Shown: positions 21,401 through 30,683, counted from the first letter of the stretch. The stretch is 55,270 nucleotides of DNA from an uncultured virus (IMG/VR IMGVR_UViG_3300043775_002247) (IMGVR_UViG_3300043775_002247), one strand, 5' to 3'. Numbers and translations: made by a program. The notes: generated from the sequence alone by a model not told the origin.

Positions 21401-22380
21401 TGTTGTGAGAATGAAGTTAAAATATTTTTAATAAAATTTTCAATTCTATCTCTCATTTGAACAACGGTTATTTCCGGAAAATCATCAGGTATCATTCCTT
21501 TTGATTTATATTCACTATATAACTCTCTAACCTTTTGATATCCTCTTGAAACTATTGAATTCTGAACATTTGAAAAGTTGGTTGCTCCACCTTTAGTCGT
21601 TTGTATATTAACTCTAGATTGGTACATATGTGGAACAGCCGTCAACGCCGCCATAGGTACTTCACTCAATAATGTATATTTGTATGTGTAAAAATGTAGT
21701 TTGATTTTAAAATTACCATTAGACGTATCATATCTTGATGAAAATGTTTGTAACATTAATTGTAATTTAACCGCTTTACCATAAAAACCTTTTATTGTTA
21801 ATTGAAACATCGGGTAAGGTAAATTAAAAAATGCCGCGTATGGTGAATTATCACCGGCCTCAAACATAGCTCTACCTTTAACATCTTCTAAGTCAATAGT
21901 AATTGATGGTAAAAAATCTAATCCTTGTCTAATGTTAATTGACGTAATACCTAATAACCCATTATCAACAGATGCTTGTTTACCGCCCGAGTTAATTGTT
22001 TGTTTAATATAATAATCACTACTCTTATTTGAATTTGATACTGATGTTAATTTTGGTTGATTTACACCGTTACCGGTGATTGTATCTTTACCTGTTATTT
22101 CATCAGTATATGAATTATCTAAAAATGTTTTATCACCCGGTTTTAAAAAATTAATACTGGCAATTGAAACTGTTTGTACTTGGTCGTTATTTGCAACACC
22201 AAGTGCTAATTTAGTACGTGGTAATACTTTACACTCTAAATTAGCATACATCACTAAATTTTCTTGTTTAACATATCTTTCTTGTACTTTTCCGTCACTG
22301 TCTATGACTTTATTTGGGTCTATGATTGATATGTTATTATAATCAAACTCAACTAATATATTTTCCGATTTATCTACCAT
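15490..22380 (-). CDS. Giant baseplate hub-like protein (gp27/Mu gp44/P2 gpD-like halves around a large insertion)
   Basis: N-terminal LGITSINI...ITIDLEDVKG...FQLTIKGFYG and late YACTVSMMGNAMIQPTMYF...FSGAYMIQEVNHSI...FETIFKGIR resemble hub beta-barrel halves; sits after the gp53-like gene. Confidence 0.6.
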   Translation of the reverse strand: MVDKSENILVEFDYNNISIIDPNKVIDSDGKVQERYVKQENLVMYANLECKVLPRTKLALGVANNDQVQTVSIASINFLKPGDKTFLDNSYTDEITGKDTITGNGVNQPKLTSVSNSNKSSDYYIKQTINSGGKQASVDNGLLGITSINIRQGLDFLPSITIDLEDVKGRAMFEAGDNSPYAAFFNLPYPMFQLTIKGFYGKAVKLQLMLQTFSSRYDTSNGNFKIKLHFYTYKYTLLSEVPMAALTAVPHMYQSRVNIQTTKGGATNFSNVQNSIVSRGYQKVRELYSEYKSKGMIPDDFPEITVVQMRDRIENFIKNILTSFSQQNLDPLTYVEEYQRLLGNLDKDVYAGAGTSWFFKYMDTENYLVMKGVNGLTEGSKVYTFKREIDTQTKRTAALSELQGIISKAKEKMDENPVCGVKGKYTIDGKTNTSSSVPFDIKIDIFPIEPKYGDVNLLETYRQRKKLSTTPSPEQLKQFDNELATQGIFNSLVIVNKKGSEEKKFQFYTFEGKGRFEDLINQMGTNVKKTKENIQEELTEALTNLLQKKDNGIGFVPNIRNVLAVIFANGEAFLRLMDDVHVQAWNLNDTQIKARRNSILNPETANACVDNVSSGDNETLPIYPWPQMLTATSGKDGREMFELTYPGDKNVINQTKAYLTDLWPEVEFVEEFIRATTQTVKPPADPLTTENPLTDIQRVSLDAIEFPISNAVYDNKEEIKYFYEIFERIFLTSNYSGLLRSNGNTQDQDKVTDVIAEAESINIIQSLSNDNPFIIKKLKEFGVNAGNFEILMRHISNDGTGESWQNFIRGIFNTSYIKNKVNNSSFEFLSQNLLNENKSQPLVSLPGENNVVNFISNSTSSNIFNLTDTYPFTNFTWVKNELANGNSISDIKSSYNTAKVLTYNTNKKIISNFLDITNNNDRRPFTNFLFNNIKSPIYYFDLKLFYENRSFDSQLPTEGNLRYNDYSGLVTSNQTVSMFNTPYFVNSIQEGVKNFRNGDEYPFVASAYLFLNSLPLSTLREKYKTYSSNSVTDLDYIFATLKKFGAVHKLPYAWILKIGSVWSRYKNFVETGKDILDTSWSGFSYVHNYDPVTNSPTRNYNLIINGAQMDIVLEKNTTLGAETSSLINTGFYPLLINDFNVFYQGFQIYSGYTDSDIQNGFTSGVTLNYVPEAIINMPEGFDPNNPKRDLRVIPWSVYITTLDNISSYIVPSQGALINQTSNECITEETNQLKYEITGNTAMYNGSVRMFWVAPNYGYFDINKVVKPTPIKYLKQVFNITGDTKQENFSINGKQDQYSEISEMFSVFEKEVLDSFESEFLNFSKSIYDFDDEFISNSDTETTKSFKNFQMLMRSLMRIPKVGGTNINTELVSAVQDSQLSVLTNILQSFLSYDVVFKYGNPANFDKRLFYTFSNRLLADPYTWSKYSFQTPTPLPTSGGTVTLSQSITNYPNEWKALQVYVGFSEIPQLQYTNDGSYITDFFVDCNIDFSVDNIKIFAPIIKIYATQKLNDSTLNYNKFVTLMNEYITSTDNFQNIIINKLMPKLRKQLPDVGSTPDAALATALEGPQTKLEYWEAFKALNDKWISGNDFKTKTLFEDVLLMDRANRNIGDKVLVDVNKLKFRLTDINPKTSMLTFVQTILVENNFVVMNIPSYVNFYNVQDAVKNPVPKPEGSLEFANTMFGTFLNVDYRNSSAKMVCFYAGKPSEQPDFKNNANVRFKGDSFDLRRASDNPLIEDQIGKQDWDKSNKVVGFNVDVGPQSQSIFHGFQIDQSAGQATAESLQQTDELVKQSSGKSSGTQNISLYNLYKNRSYACTVSMMGNAMIQPTMYFNLRHVPMFSGAYMIQEVNHSIGPGTFETIFKGIRQSVSNLPEIDSYIQTLKTNLLTSIIEKNKQDKQAAIKESGTKQDNVISQTNNTVKDAVDKPANSSTDYPSCTPISNYGKYDKVDSPTTTKSKYKDSISTIITQTADQKLRYLVFATIYLGSSNGTELETKENNYSGVDLLQNWGQTGVSYFNPQFYCNSSNVPYAIFSDLSKHVEFLIARFSGKISLLPDITAKEIVKFYTLYFSANQKNIDVYNKLVQDNPSQLSQMETSVQKSIDLFKTGSGNVSGTPPPNTPPKATTDEEIFANSKKFSKATIENIDIYNSQLRGDFVIDYEDELLTQNYPAKLYIVGGIDKVEIGSFTIEPDKNKNIGAFVSVPNIRAILEEARNDKEYTFTLVVKVNAFPNISYSFQYVFTPIKCPDEDFGARKVIEVNLWKKVKDNICCKCYSQPYTGSEIIWDSKPCSRNGTTC

Positions 22381-22696
22381 AATAAAAGAAGTAATTTTCT
22401 AGGTCATTGTTGTAATCCTGTAATGATGCTATTAAAGGATAAGGGATTGTCAAGATTGCCCCATCAGGGATATTCCATTCTTGGCCTGCGTATATTGGAT
22501 TTGCTTGTAATATTAACCAACCAAAAAAAGGTGTCCCATAATATTGTTGTGAAACTTTGTCTAATCTAGATTGAGCAACTTTGAAAATATATTTTTTATC
22601 TGTGGATTTACTTGGCAGAGTAATATATGGAACAACGGTTTGTCGTCCATTAACAATAAAATTATTGTATCTATTATAATAATCTTTAGTACCCAT
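22370..22696 (-). CDS. LysM-like baseplate wedge protein (T4 gp53 / P2 gpX-like)
   Basis: SRLDKVSQQYYGTPFFGWLILQANP...IPDGAILTIP. Confidence 0.8.
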   Translation of the reverse strand: MGTKDYYNRYNNFIVNGRQTVVPYITLPSKSTDKKYIFKVAQSRLDKVSQQYYGTPFFGWLILQANPIYAGQEWNIPDGAILTIPYPLIASLQDYNNDLENYFFYYGR

Positions 22697-22698
22697 AA

Positions 22699-25600
22699 TT
22701 AATCAAATTTTATTTTGCCATCAAAAGTTAATTTATCATTATTTACGTTAACCGTTTTATATAAATTAGCAATATCCGTTTTTTGTTGTGCTTCTGTTGC
22801 AGGGTCAGGAACTGTTGTATATGTAAATTTTCTTAACTTACCTTTAGGATAAGCAGGTTGGTTCACAAATTTTGAATATGATTCTTTATCCCTAATTGTT
22901 TTAATAAATTTTTGCTCAGCAACTAACTCTTTTTTAGTTAAATCCGCAAAATCATCACAAATATTATTAAATTTTCTAACCAATTTATTATCATTCTTTA
23001 ACTCACCACTAATAATAGCGTTTATAAATTGTGTTAATTTATTTTTATCGTTAAATATTTGAGCCATTACCATGAATTGTCTTTTATCTTCAACTGATGC
23101 CGTTTCAAATTGTTTAGATTTTGGCTCAAATTCACCCGGACCTTCATATGGTGATGTAACAGTTGTGATTATTTTTTCAGCATCCATTAAAAGATTAAAC
23201 TCATCTAATCTAAGACCAACTAAACGATAATCATCACATAATTCCACATACGTATCCAATGGAGACCCAAGACTAGCACTATTAACTTCAGTTGTACCTG
23301 ATATAGTATAAACACGAGGAACACCCGTATCTAAAATCTTACCATCAGTTTTAGTTGTAACTAAATTGATTTTTCTAATTATCTGAACCATGTTTTGTTC
23401 CAAGACAACTATTTCTTGAATTTTAGTAAATAAACCACTACTATAATCACCTTTTAATGAGTTAATATATTGATTCATATTTGTTTTAACTCTTTGAATT
23501 GTTGCATCCGTAAATTTAAAACCAACTAATCGTGATATGATGTAATTTTTATTTGTTGGATTATCCGCATTTATATCTGAAATAAACGTACTAAACAATG
23601 AATCCACTTTAGTTTCAACACCTTCCGGTTTCCCATAAATTGGCGCCAATATACTACTAGAATTTAAACTTATTTCTCCGGAAGTATATAATCTATCTTG
23701 AGTAATTAACTGCCAAACACCATAATTGTAAGATTTGACAATACTATCACTTTGATTTAGTATGTTTGTATAATATTCTTGTGTTGAATCTAATATTTTA
23801 TCCATTATAGTCATGTAGGTAATTTCACCTGTTTGACCACTTGTTACAGGAATATTAGTTAAGATATCTCCAATCGTATTTCCACCATCATTAACCACAC
23901 CATTTTGAACATTGTTAACTGTAACCGGTGGTTGTGCATCTAATATTGACTGAACTAATTTAGCATCCAAAGCTGAAGTATCTTCAGTCCATGTCGCTCT
24001 TTCATCATAAATTTCAGTATTAGCGTAGAAATTAAATGATAACGCATTTTGTAGTTGTTCCACAGGTCTAGCTAATCCCATACCACCAATCATATCAAAA
24101 CTTAAATTAACATTTGCTATCATTGGTTGGATACCGATACCTTCAGGATTCATATCTAATATTAATGGCTCATATGAAAATGAAATTGTTTTTGGAATTA
24201 TTTTACCATTATAAAAATCCCCAACTCTTAATACTAAAACCGGTGGTGCCCCAAAGGCAGTATTTACCGCGTCATTATATTTTGGTTTACCATCAACACC
24301 AATAACAGGTATGGTTTCACCAGGTCTAACACATTGATTTAAAAAAGTCAATCGGGCATTTAATCCTTCAGGTGTCATAGAGTGAAAAGCTGGATTAAAA
24401 AATCTAATTTTATCCGCTATAGAACCATACACCATAGGATTAGTTTCTTTAATAACGTCAAAATAATCACACTCTGTTAATAATTGTCTAATAATTCGTT
24501 TACCAATACCTTCTTTTAATTTTTGTTGTATTTCAACAGTTTGAACCGGTTTAACTGTGTTAATTGTTGTACCACTAACATCAGGTGTTATAATTTCAAC
24601 TTTTTGAGTTGTCGTAGTAGTTGTTACTGTTGGAGTAACAAGAATACTATTAATTTTAACCCTTCTACACGCCATAGCGTCAGTTGAAAATACTTGAGCC
24701 AAATTATTTGAAGTTTCTGTATTTGTATTTGATTTAATGTCTTTACTACAATCAACTTGAGAACCACTACCTGACTCACCTTGAGGTATTACAATTTGTT
24801 CACCTTTACCACTTTGTAATGTAATTTGTAATGTTTTATCTTCAAAAAATGTTGATAAATTAGCGTCCCCAATTTTATATGTTTTTAAAAATTGAATTAC
24901 TGAGTCATTTCTTCGTTTAGATAAATTTTCATTATATTTAACACTCGCAGTTGCAGATGCTGACCCAACCATTTGAATACTAATAGTCCCTTTTTTTTCT
25001 TTTAATATGTTATAAGCATCAACAATAAAATTGCTACTATTATTAGCTATTTTATTAAAATTTGATATTACAATATTATCAAAGAATTCTTTTACGTTTC
25101 TATTAACACTACCCGTATTAAATATTCCACTTGAGGTATCTACATATTTTGTAATGTTTGATGGTGCAGTATAAGCAGAATATGTTATATTATATGGTAC
25201 TGAAGACACAACCCCATCTGATTTAGGGTCAGGAATGTCATTATCAAAATAAAATGCCAATTGAGAATAATTCTTTTTAAAGTCATCAATTGATGTATCA
25301 GGATTTGCCGTTTGAACCACAGCATCTGCAGGTGTTCCCGCACCCCCTTGAGGTACTGAATTTTCTCTTGGTATACTTGCACTAACATTCTTTAACTCTT
25401 CATCCGTTAATCTTGGATTACTTAAAATCTCTTGATACGTATATAAATCTTTTGTTGGTATAGTATTAAATTTTAACGCCAAATCGTAAATATCATATTT
25501 AACACATCCCGCAAAGAATGAATCAATTATAGAATTAATTCTTTCTTTACTCTGACCTTTTAATTGTTTTTCAACAATAGTATTCATAACCGAAGGACTA

Positions 25601-27708
25601 TCCACAATAATCTTCCAACTTAATTGACCACTTCTACTTGTGTTTTTATATGTATAGATTGGCTCAGGTCTACCTAAAAATGAAGTATCATTCCAATTAG
25701 CGGTACTACTATCCGAGAATTTTAAATCATATGGTGGAAACCACATAACTCTACCCCCATTTGGACCTTTTTCACAAACAGGTAATTCATCATAAGTAAA
25801 TCCAGGTCTACTTGATGTTCTCCAAGCTAAGTTCTCAATTGAGAACATATATTTTTTAGCATACCCCCCCGTTCCATTAACATTATTCGCAATGATGTTT
25901 GTTGACCCCGGATTTCTCAACGGAGCAATATTCAAATTATATGTGTTATCTAAAACGGAATGAGTAAATCTTCTACCCGCAGTAGTTATACCATCTGTTT
26001 TTTGTAAATCATTATATGCGTAATACGGATTATCTTTAGTAAAAACCCTACAATATTCTATACCGGCATCACCACCTGTTGTATTATCCGTATATGATAA
26101 AACTTGAGAACCTTTAGTAATTTCTTTATAACCATCGTGGAATACCTTACTAATTTGATTCATCGCATTACCAACGTGTTTTAAACGGGCTTCACCCGTA
26201 ACACCATCAGCCGAGTCAATTAATCTTTGAGTTTGGTCTAATATGGAAGTTTCTTTGAACTCAATGTTTGTTGATTCATCTCTTGTAATGTTTCCACTAA
26301 CCAATTGAAAATCCTCATCCATTGTTCCTGAACCACCACCCGGTATTGCACGGAATCCGGCATTGGCTTTATATTTTGGAGACACCCAAACAAATCCACC
26401 ATCAATACCACCACCATCACTATAAGACCTTCCTCCTAAACCAAAATTACTAAGTGCAGATTCATTACCTTCATACAAAATACCCATCTCTGATGGACCG
26501 TATACAGGTGAAGGGTCTTGTTGACCAAAGGCGTTAACAGGTATTTGATTTGGGGGTGAAGTAATATAAGACGGCTCTGATGTTCTATTACCAACATAAT
26601 AACCACCAACTAATGTACCATTACCCGGATTAATATTTGGAACTAATAAGTTAACTAAACCTTGTGCAACTCCAAACAATAAACCATAATCTTTATCATA
26701 CGATGGTTGATATCTGTTATAATTAATATTTGCAAATAAAACTGACCTTTGTCCGTTACCGGTGTTTGCCAAGAATATTTGTGAACCACTTCTATTAAGA
26801 TTTAATATTGGACCTAATAAACCACCTGTTAATTGATTTACGGTGTTTAATGCGTTTGATGTTTGTTGTGTTTGACTATTTTCGTTGTTATCGTTAAAAT
26901 AATCACCAGGTATTAATGAAACAGGCCAATAAGCCCCCGCTAATCTTGTTAAGAAGTCGGCAGCTGCAACAACAGGATTTTCAGGTACGGTAATCTTCCA
27001 ATTTTTATAAACTAAAGGTTGTTGACCTGACAACATCATACTAATCTCAAACGGGTCTTGTAGAGATTGTAAATTGATTTGTCCTAATGTGTTTTGAAAT
27101 AACTCAGCATCAATCCTTTTTTTCAATAAAGAATTTAATTCAGTCGCCCCAAATCTAGCAATAAATGAATCTTGAGACAATAATCCATTACTACCAATAG
27201 GATTTGGTGATAATAAAATATTATATGGTGAATATGATGACGGAGCAAAACTTGGCGGTTCCCAATAAGGTTGATAAATCTTATTGTTATTCTCAACATC
27301 AGTAATAATTACTAAATCATTAAAACTTCCCGGAGGACCATATCTGTTTTGAATATAAGCAGCATCAATGAAAAACTCATTTACTAAATCTAAAACAGTA
27401 TCATTAGGATTATATTCTCCTTGATTTGAAGCAACAGGTAAAGGAGGTCCGTTGAAATTTATTTGAGTACTATAACCCCCATCAGGACCATATTCATTTA
27501 ACGGATATAATAAATTTGAATAAGAGCCATTAGTAATTAACTCACCCGGAGAATCAATAACATTACTAATACTTAAAATTGTTTCATAATTAACTTGACT
27601 CACAGGTGGGGTATACACTCCCTGAACACTGTAAGGTGCCAAGTTTTTAACCATTAGTGAATTTCTAAAGGAAGACGTGGATGCAAATGATAATGAACTC
27701 TCTGCCAT
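22699..27708 (-). CDS. Tail tube initiator/baseplate protein (gp48/gp54-like) with inserted OmpA-like domain
   Basis: FSDSSTANWNDTSFLGRPEPIYTYKNTSRSGQLSW and PPVLVLRVGDFYNGKII...SFSYEP flank VGSASATASVKYNENLSKRRNDSV...RRVKI; canonical position after the tape measure gene. Confidence 0.65.
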   Translation of the reverse strand: MAESSLSFASTSSFRNSLMVKNLAPYSVQGVYTPPVSQVNYETILSISNVIDSPGELITNGSYSNLLYPLNEYGPDGGYSTQINFNGPPLPVASNQGEYNPNDTVLDLVNEFFIDAAYIQNRYGPPGSFNDLVIITDVENNNKIYQPYWEPPSFAPSSYSPYNILLSPNPIGSNGLLSQDSFIARFGATELNSLLKKRIDAELFQNTLGQINLQSLQDPFEISMMLSGQQPLVYKNWKITVPENPVVAAADFLTRLAGAYWPVSLIPGDYFNDNNENSQTQQTSNALNTVNQLTGGLLGPILNLNRSGSQIFLANTGNGQRSVLFANINYNRYQPSYDKDYGLLFGVAQGLVNLLVPNINPGNGTLVGGYYVGNRTSEPSYITSPPNQIPVNAFGQQDPSPVYGPSEMGILYEGNESALSNFGLGGRSYSDGGGIDGGFVWVSPKYKANAGFRAIPGGGSGTMDEDFQLVSGNITRDESTNIEFKETSILDQTQRLIDSADGVTGEARLKHVGNAMNQISKVFHDGYKEITKGSQVLSYTDNTTGGDAGIEYCRVFTKDNPYYAYNDLQKTDGITTAGRRFTHSVLDNTYNLNIAPLRNPGSTNIIANNVNGTGGYAKKYMFSIENLAWRTSSRPGFTYDELPVCEKGPNGGRVMWFPPYDLKFSDSSTANWNDTSFLGRPEPIYTYKNTSRSGQLSWKIIVDSPSVMNTIVEKQLKGQSKERINSIIDSFFAGCVKYDIYDLALKFNTIPTKDLYTYQEILSNPRLTDEELKNVSASIPRENSVPQGGAGTPADAVVQTANPDTSIDDFKKNYSQLAFYFDNDIPDPKSDGVVSSVPYNITYSAYTAPSNITKYVDTSSGIFNTGSVNRNVKEFFDNIVISNFNKIANNSSNFIVDAYNILKEKKGTISIQMVGSASATASVKYNENLSKRRNDSVIQFLKTYKIGDANLSTFFEDKTLQITLQSGKGEQIVIPQGESGSGSQVDCSKDIKSNTNTETSNNLAQVFSTDAMACRRVKINSILVTPTVTTTTTTQKVEIITPDVSGTTINTVKPVQTVEIQQKLKEGIGKRIIRQLLTECDYFDVIKETNPMVYGSIADKIRFFNPAFHSMTPEGLNARLTFLNQCVRPGETIPVIGVDGKPKYNDAVNTAFGAPPVLVLRVGDFYNGKIIPKTISFSYEPLILDMNPEGIGIQPMIANVNLSFDMIGGMGLARPVEQLQNALSFNFYANTEIYDERATWTEDTSALDAKLVQSILDAQPPVTVNNVQNGVVNDGGNTIGDILTNIPVTSGQTGEITYMTIMDKILDSTQEYYTNILNQSDSIVKSYNYGVWQLITQDRLYTSGEISLNSSSILAPIYGKPEGVETKVDSLFSTFISDINADNPTNKNYIISRLVGFKFTDATIQRVKTNMNQYINSLKGDYSSGLFTKIQEIVVLEQNMVQIIRKINLVTTKTDGKILDTGVPRVYTISGTTEVNSASLGSPLDTYVELCDDYRLVGLRLDEFNLLMDAEKIITTVTSPYEGPGEFEPKSKQFETASVEDKRQFMVMAQIFNDKNKLTQFINAIISGELKNDNKLVRKFNNICDDFADLTKKELVAEQKFIKTIRDKESYSKFVNQPAYPKGKLRKFTYTTVPDPATEAQQKTDIANLYKTVNVNNDKLTFDGKIKFD

Positions 27709-27745
27709 ATATTCTGATTTATCTATAAATAGATTGTACTTTATT

Positions 27746-29626
27746 TTATACTAATGAACTCGCGCTTATATTACTATTCATTAATTGTGTTTTGTTTGCC
27801 GTTGGAGCCATTAAACCATTACTATATATCGCCTCTTTTAACGCTCCGACCATACCTTGTTGAACGTCAGTATTTTTAAGAGCCATTACTATTTGGTTAG
27901 TATCAACATTACCTGTTGTTTTTAAATCTATATTGTGATTTAATGTTATTTCAATTGGTCTATCAGTAGATGGATTAGTTGTCGTTTGTGAGGTATTAGT
28001 AGGAATTGTTGAGGTATTTCTAACATTACTAATTTCTGTTTGAGTAATGTTTGTATTCTGTTTATTATTACTTTCCGCCTTAGTTATATCACCCGACATA
28101 AGTTTTTTAAGTTGGTCAAATATAGGATAATCGTCTTTTATTTTTTTAGATTCTTCTTCAGCATTTTTCATTCCGGTATCATAAGCTGAATTAAGTAATG
28201 ACCCTAATTTTGATAAACTTTTCCCAATTTCTTGTCTTGCCTCTAATTGACTTATTTCCCCATCTGTTAATCTTTTAAGAACATCTAAACTTTTATCTAT
28301 ACCTGAGTCAATTGATGATGCAAGATTTTTTGTACTCATCTCTTTTGGTGAAAGTGTTTTTCTAACAGCTGTAGAAGTATCCCTAAGAAGATTTATACCA
28401 CTACCCATCGCTTTAGTTTTTGCAACACCTAAACCTGTTTGGTCCGCTAATGATTTTATATCAGCTGCCATTTTTTCCGTAACACTTAATTGACTAACAG
28501 CCAATTCCTCCATTGTTTTTGGAGCGGTGTTAGCCATTTTTTCAAGATTGGCGACATCTGTTGCATTTAATTCATCAATAGCTTTAGTAATTGTTTGTCC
28601 TGTTTGCTCATCTTTAACTTGAACTTCATATTTACCTCCCGCACCCATTTCAGCCATATTGGCTATCATTTTTTGCTTATCTTCATCTAATCCCGGTAAA
28701 TCAGGAAAACGGATTTTACTCATTTTTAGTTCCAAATCAGCACTACCTATCGCCATTTTAGTCAATTGTTCATAAGGTATACCCATCGCTTTGGATATCT
28801 CTCTCATTTGACGTTTCGCACCCGGCATAATTTCAAAATTACCATCTTTACCTAATTGAACAAATTGTTTACTCATTTGAGCAATTTGATTTTGTAATTC
28901 CGCAGGGTCATTTTGAGCTAAATCCATCATTTTAAGTGGGTCAAGTAAACTACTTTGAGAAACACCTAATCTTTGCATTGCAGCCGCCATTTCAATAGCA
29001 CCTTCCGGGTCAAATACTTTTTCCGCAAACGCCAATGTTTGACTCATATCAATTCTTAACATACTCGCTTGAGCAGCCATTTTAGCCAAACCGGATACAC
29101 CACCTTCAAAATTATATTTGTTAAGGGCATCCATATTTTGTAAAACTTTTGCCGAAACATCCGAGGCATTTACACCTGACTGAGTAGCAATATCAACAAC
29201 TTTTTTCATTTCACCGGCAACTCGTCCCGCACCAATTCCAACATCTTTAAATCCTGACACTAATGTACCAACTTCTTGTCCAGTCACTTTCATTGTTGCG
29301 TAAAGGTCTTTATTTACTTCCGCAGATAATATTACGTTTCGTTGTAACGCCTTTGAAGCGTCCTGTTGTGTTTTAATAACGTCCGCGATATCCCCACCTA
29401 AAGTTCTAACATCAGTAACCGCCTCAGCCATAGTGGCTCTTAATGTTTGAGCCATTTCTTGACCCATACCAAATTGTTTTAAAAGGGTACTAGCTCCTTT
29501 ATCAAGTTCAGCAACGACTTTACCAACAGCCGCGGTACTAAAATTACTCAATAAAGCTTCACCAAACGAATCAAGGATATCTTTACCTTTTTGTCCACTA
29601 GCATCTAAACTACTCGTATCTTGCAT
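27746..29626 (-). CDS. Tape measure protein
   Basis: Ala/Met/Gln-rich helical sequence; canonical position after tube and chaperone genes. Confidence 0.75.
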   Translation of the reverse strand: MQDTSSLDASGQKGKDILDSFGEALLSNFSTAAVGKVVAELDKGASTLLKQFGMGQEMAQTLRATMAEAVTDVRTLGGDIADVIKTQQDASKALQRNVILSAEVNKDLYATMKVTGQEVGTLVSGFKDVGIGAGRVAGEMKKVVDIATQSGVNASDVSAKVLQNMDALNKYNFEGGVSGLAKMAAQASMLRIDMSQTLAFAEKVFDPEGAIEMAAAMQRLGVSQSSLLDPLKMMDLAQNDPAELQNQIAQMSKQFVQLGKDGNFEIMPGAKRQMREISKAMGIPYEQLTKMAIGSADLELKMSKIRFPDLPGLDEDKQKMIANMAEMGAGGKYEVQVKDEQTGQTITKAIDELNATDVANLEKMANTAPKTMEELAVSQLSVTEKMAADIKSLADQTGLGVAKTKAMGSGINLLRDTSTAVRKTLSPKEMSTKNLASSIDSGIDKSLDVLKRLTDGEISQLEARQEIGKSLSKLGSLLNSAYDTGMKNAEEESKKIKDDYPIFDQLKKLMSGDITKAESNNKQNTNITQTEISNVRNTSTIPTNTSQTTTNPSTDRPIEITLNHNIDLKTTGNVDTNQIVMALKNTDVQQGMVGALKEAIYSNGLMAPTANKTQLMNSNISASSLV

Positions 29627-29647
29627 ATTAAATTTGTTTTATAAATA

Positions 29648-29689
29648 AATACACCAAAGACACATTTTAATTTAGGTCTTTGGTGTATT
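29648..29689. promoter_or_regulatory. 14-bp inverted repeat at the end of the chaperone-extension ORF
   Basis: AATACACCAAAGAC...GTCTTTGGTGTATT, abutting the TATTTATA motif upstream of the tape measure gene. Confidence 0.55.
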
Positions 29690-29833
29690 ATCTTCTAGAA
29701 TTCTGTTTATTAAAAATTTCCTAACATAAGTAGGCATCTCGTTGAAGTCACTATACGATGTTCTAATAAATTTAGCCATCAAATAATATTCCTCAATTAG
29801 AAGTTGTCGATAGTTAAAAGAAAGGCCGAAAAA
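29672..29833 (-). CDS. Unannotated tail chaperone extension (T4 gp51 / lambda gpT-like), probably reached by frameshift
   Basis: The +1 frame of the 29814 gene reads FFGLSFNYRQLLIEEYYLMAKFIRTSYSDFNEMPTYVRKFLINRILEDNTPKT*, with the typical ..S..D...MP...R..L.. signature. Confidence 0.7.
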   Translation of the reverse strand, partial: FFGLSFNYRQLLIEEYYLMAKFIRTSYSDFNEMPTYVRKFLINRILEDNTPKT

Positions 29834-30569
29834 ACTCAACCCCAAAGGTTATCTCGAAAGATACCAATTCTCCTGATGGGGCGGTTGCAGTTCTTTTAAG
29901 GTCTAATGACGGTTCATTTTCTCTTAAAAAAGTTCTTATGTATTTAGAGTCCATAATAGGTAACGTATCAACAAACATTGCAATTTTACCTCTATCGCTA
30001 TCACCATCAATCTCAACAATTTGTTTTTGTAATTTCCATGTTACTCTTGGAGCTTGTCTTCCAACAGGATATTGTTCAACCATTTTATCCAACTCAATAG
30101 TATCATGAAAAGTGGTAGGTCTTAATTTAACCGTAACACCTGTTTTAGGTAATGTTGTAGTAAAAAAACCATTTTCATCAGGTTGATTTTTAGATTGTTT
30201 AATATTTAATTCATCCAACACAACAGTGTGTGAAAATGTTTTATTAGTACTTGGGTCAATTAAATTAATAATATATTCCGGGCCAAAAGAAGTATTTCTT
30301 AAAAAGATTAAAATTGCTTCAACATCACCATCCATTAATTCTTCAGGACGTAAATCATGTTCATACAATTTATTTCTTAATAAAGTAAATACAATATTTT
30401 CTTTACCAGCCATCGCTCCAATCAAATAATTTTCATCAGATGCTGTTAAATAACCTACTTTAACCGATTTTTTTTTGGATTTATAAAAAATTCCACCACT
30501 CGGTAATGATACCACATCATGCGGTAATGTGAAATTTTCTGTTGCTGCGTTAATTAAACTTTCGTCCAT
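29814..30569 (-). CDS. Tail/baseplate assembly chaperone (T4 gp26-like)
   Basis: VSLPSGG.FY, LTASDE, GDVEAILIFLRNTSFGPEY, ending FGVEFFRPFF; lies between tube and tape measure genes. Confidence 0.8.
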   Translation of the reverse strand: MDESLINAATENFTLPHDVVSLPSGGIFYKSKKKSVKVGYLTASDENYLIGAMAGKENIVFTLLRNKLYEHDLRPEELMDGDVEAILIFLRNTSFGPEYIINLIDPSTNKTFSHTVVLDELNIKQSKNQPDENGFFTTTLPKTGVTVKLRPTTFHDTIELDKMVEQYPVGRQAPRVTWKLQKQIVEIDGDSDRGKIAMFVDTLPIMDSKYIRTFLRENEPSLDLKRTATAPSGELVSFEITFGVEFFRPFF

Positions 30570-30626
30570 ATAAATTTGTTTTTATTATAAAATATAATCG
30601 TATATGTTTTTTTATCAATAGTTAAT

Positions 30627-30657
30627 AAAAAATCCACATATCAAAAATATGTGGATT
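30627..30657 (-). terminator. Intrinsic terminator after the tail tube gene
   Basis: AATCCACATAT-caaaa-ATATGTGGATT with a U-run on the minus strand. Confidence 0.7.
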
Positions 30658-30683
30658 CTTAATTTTAAATATAAAGTATTTTT

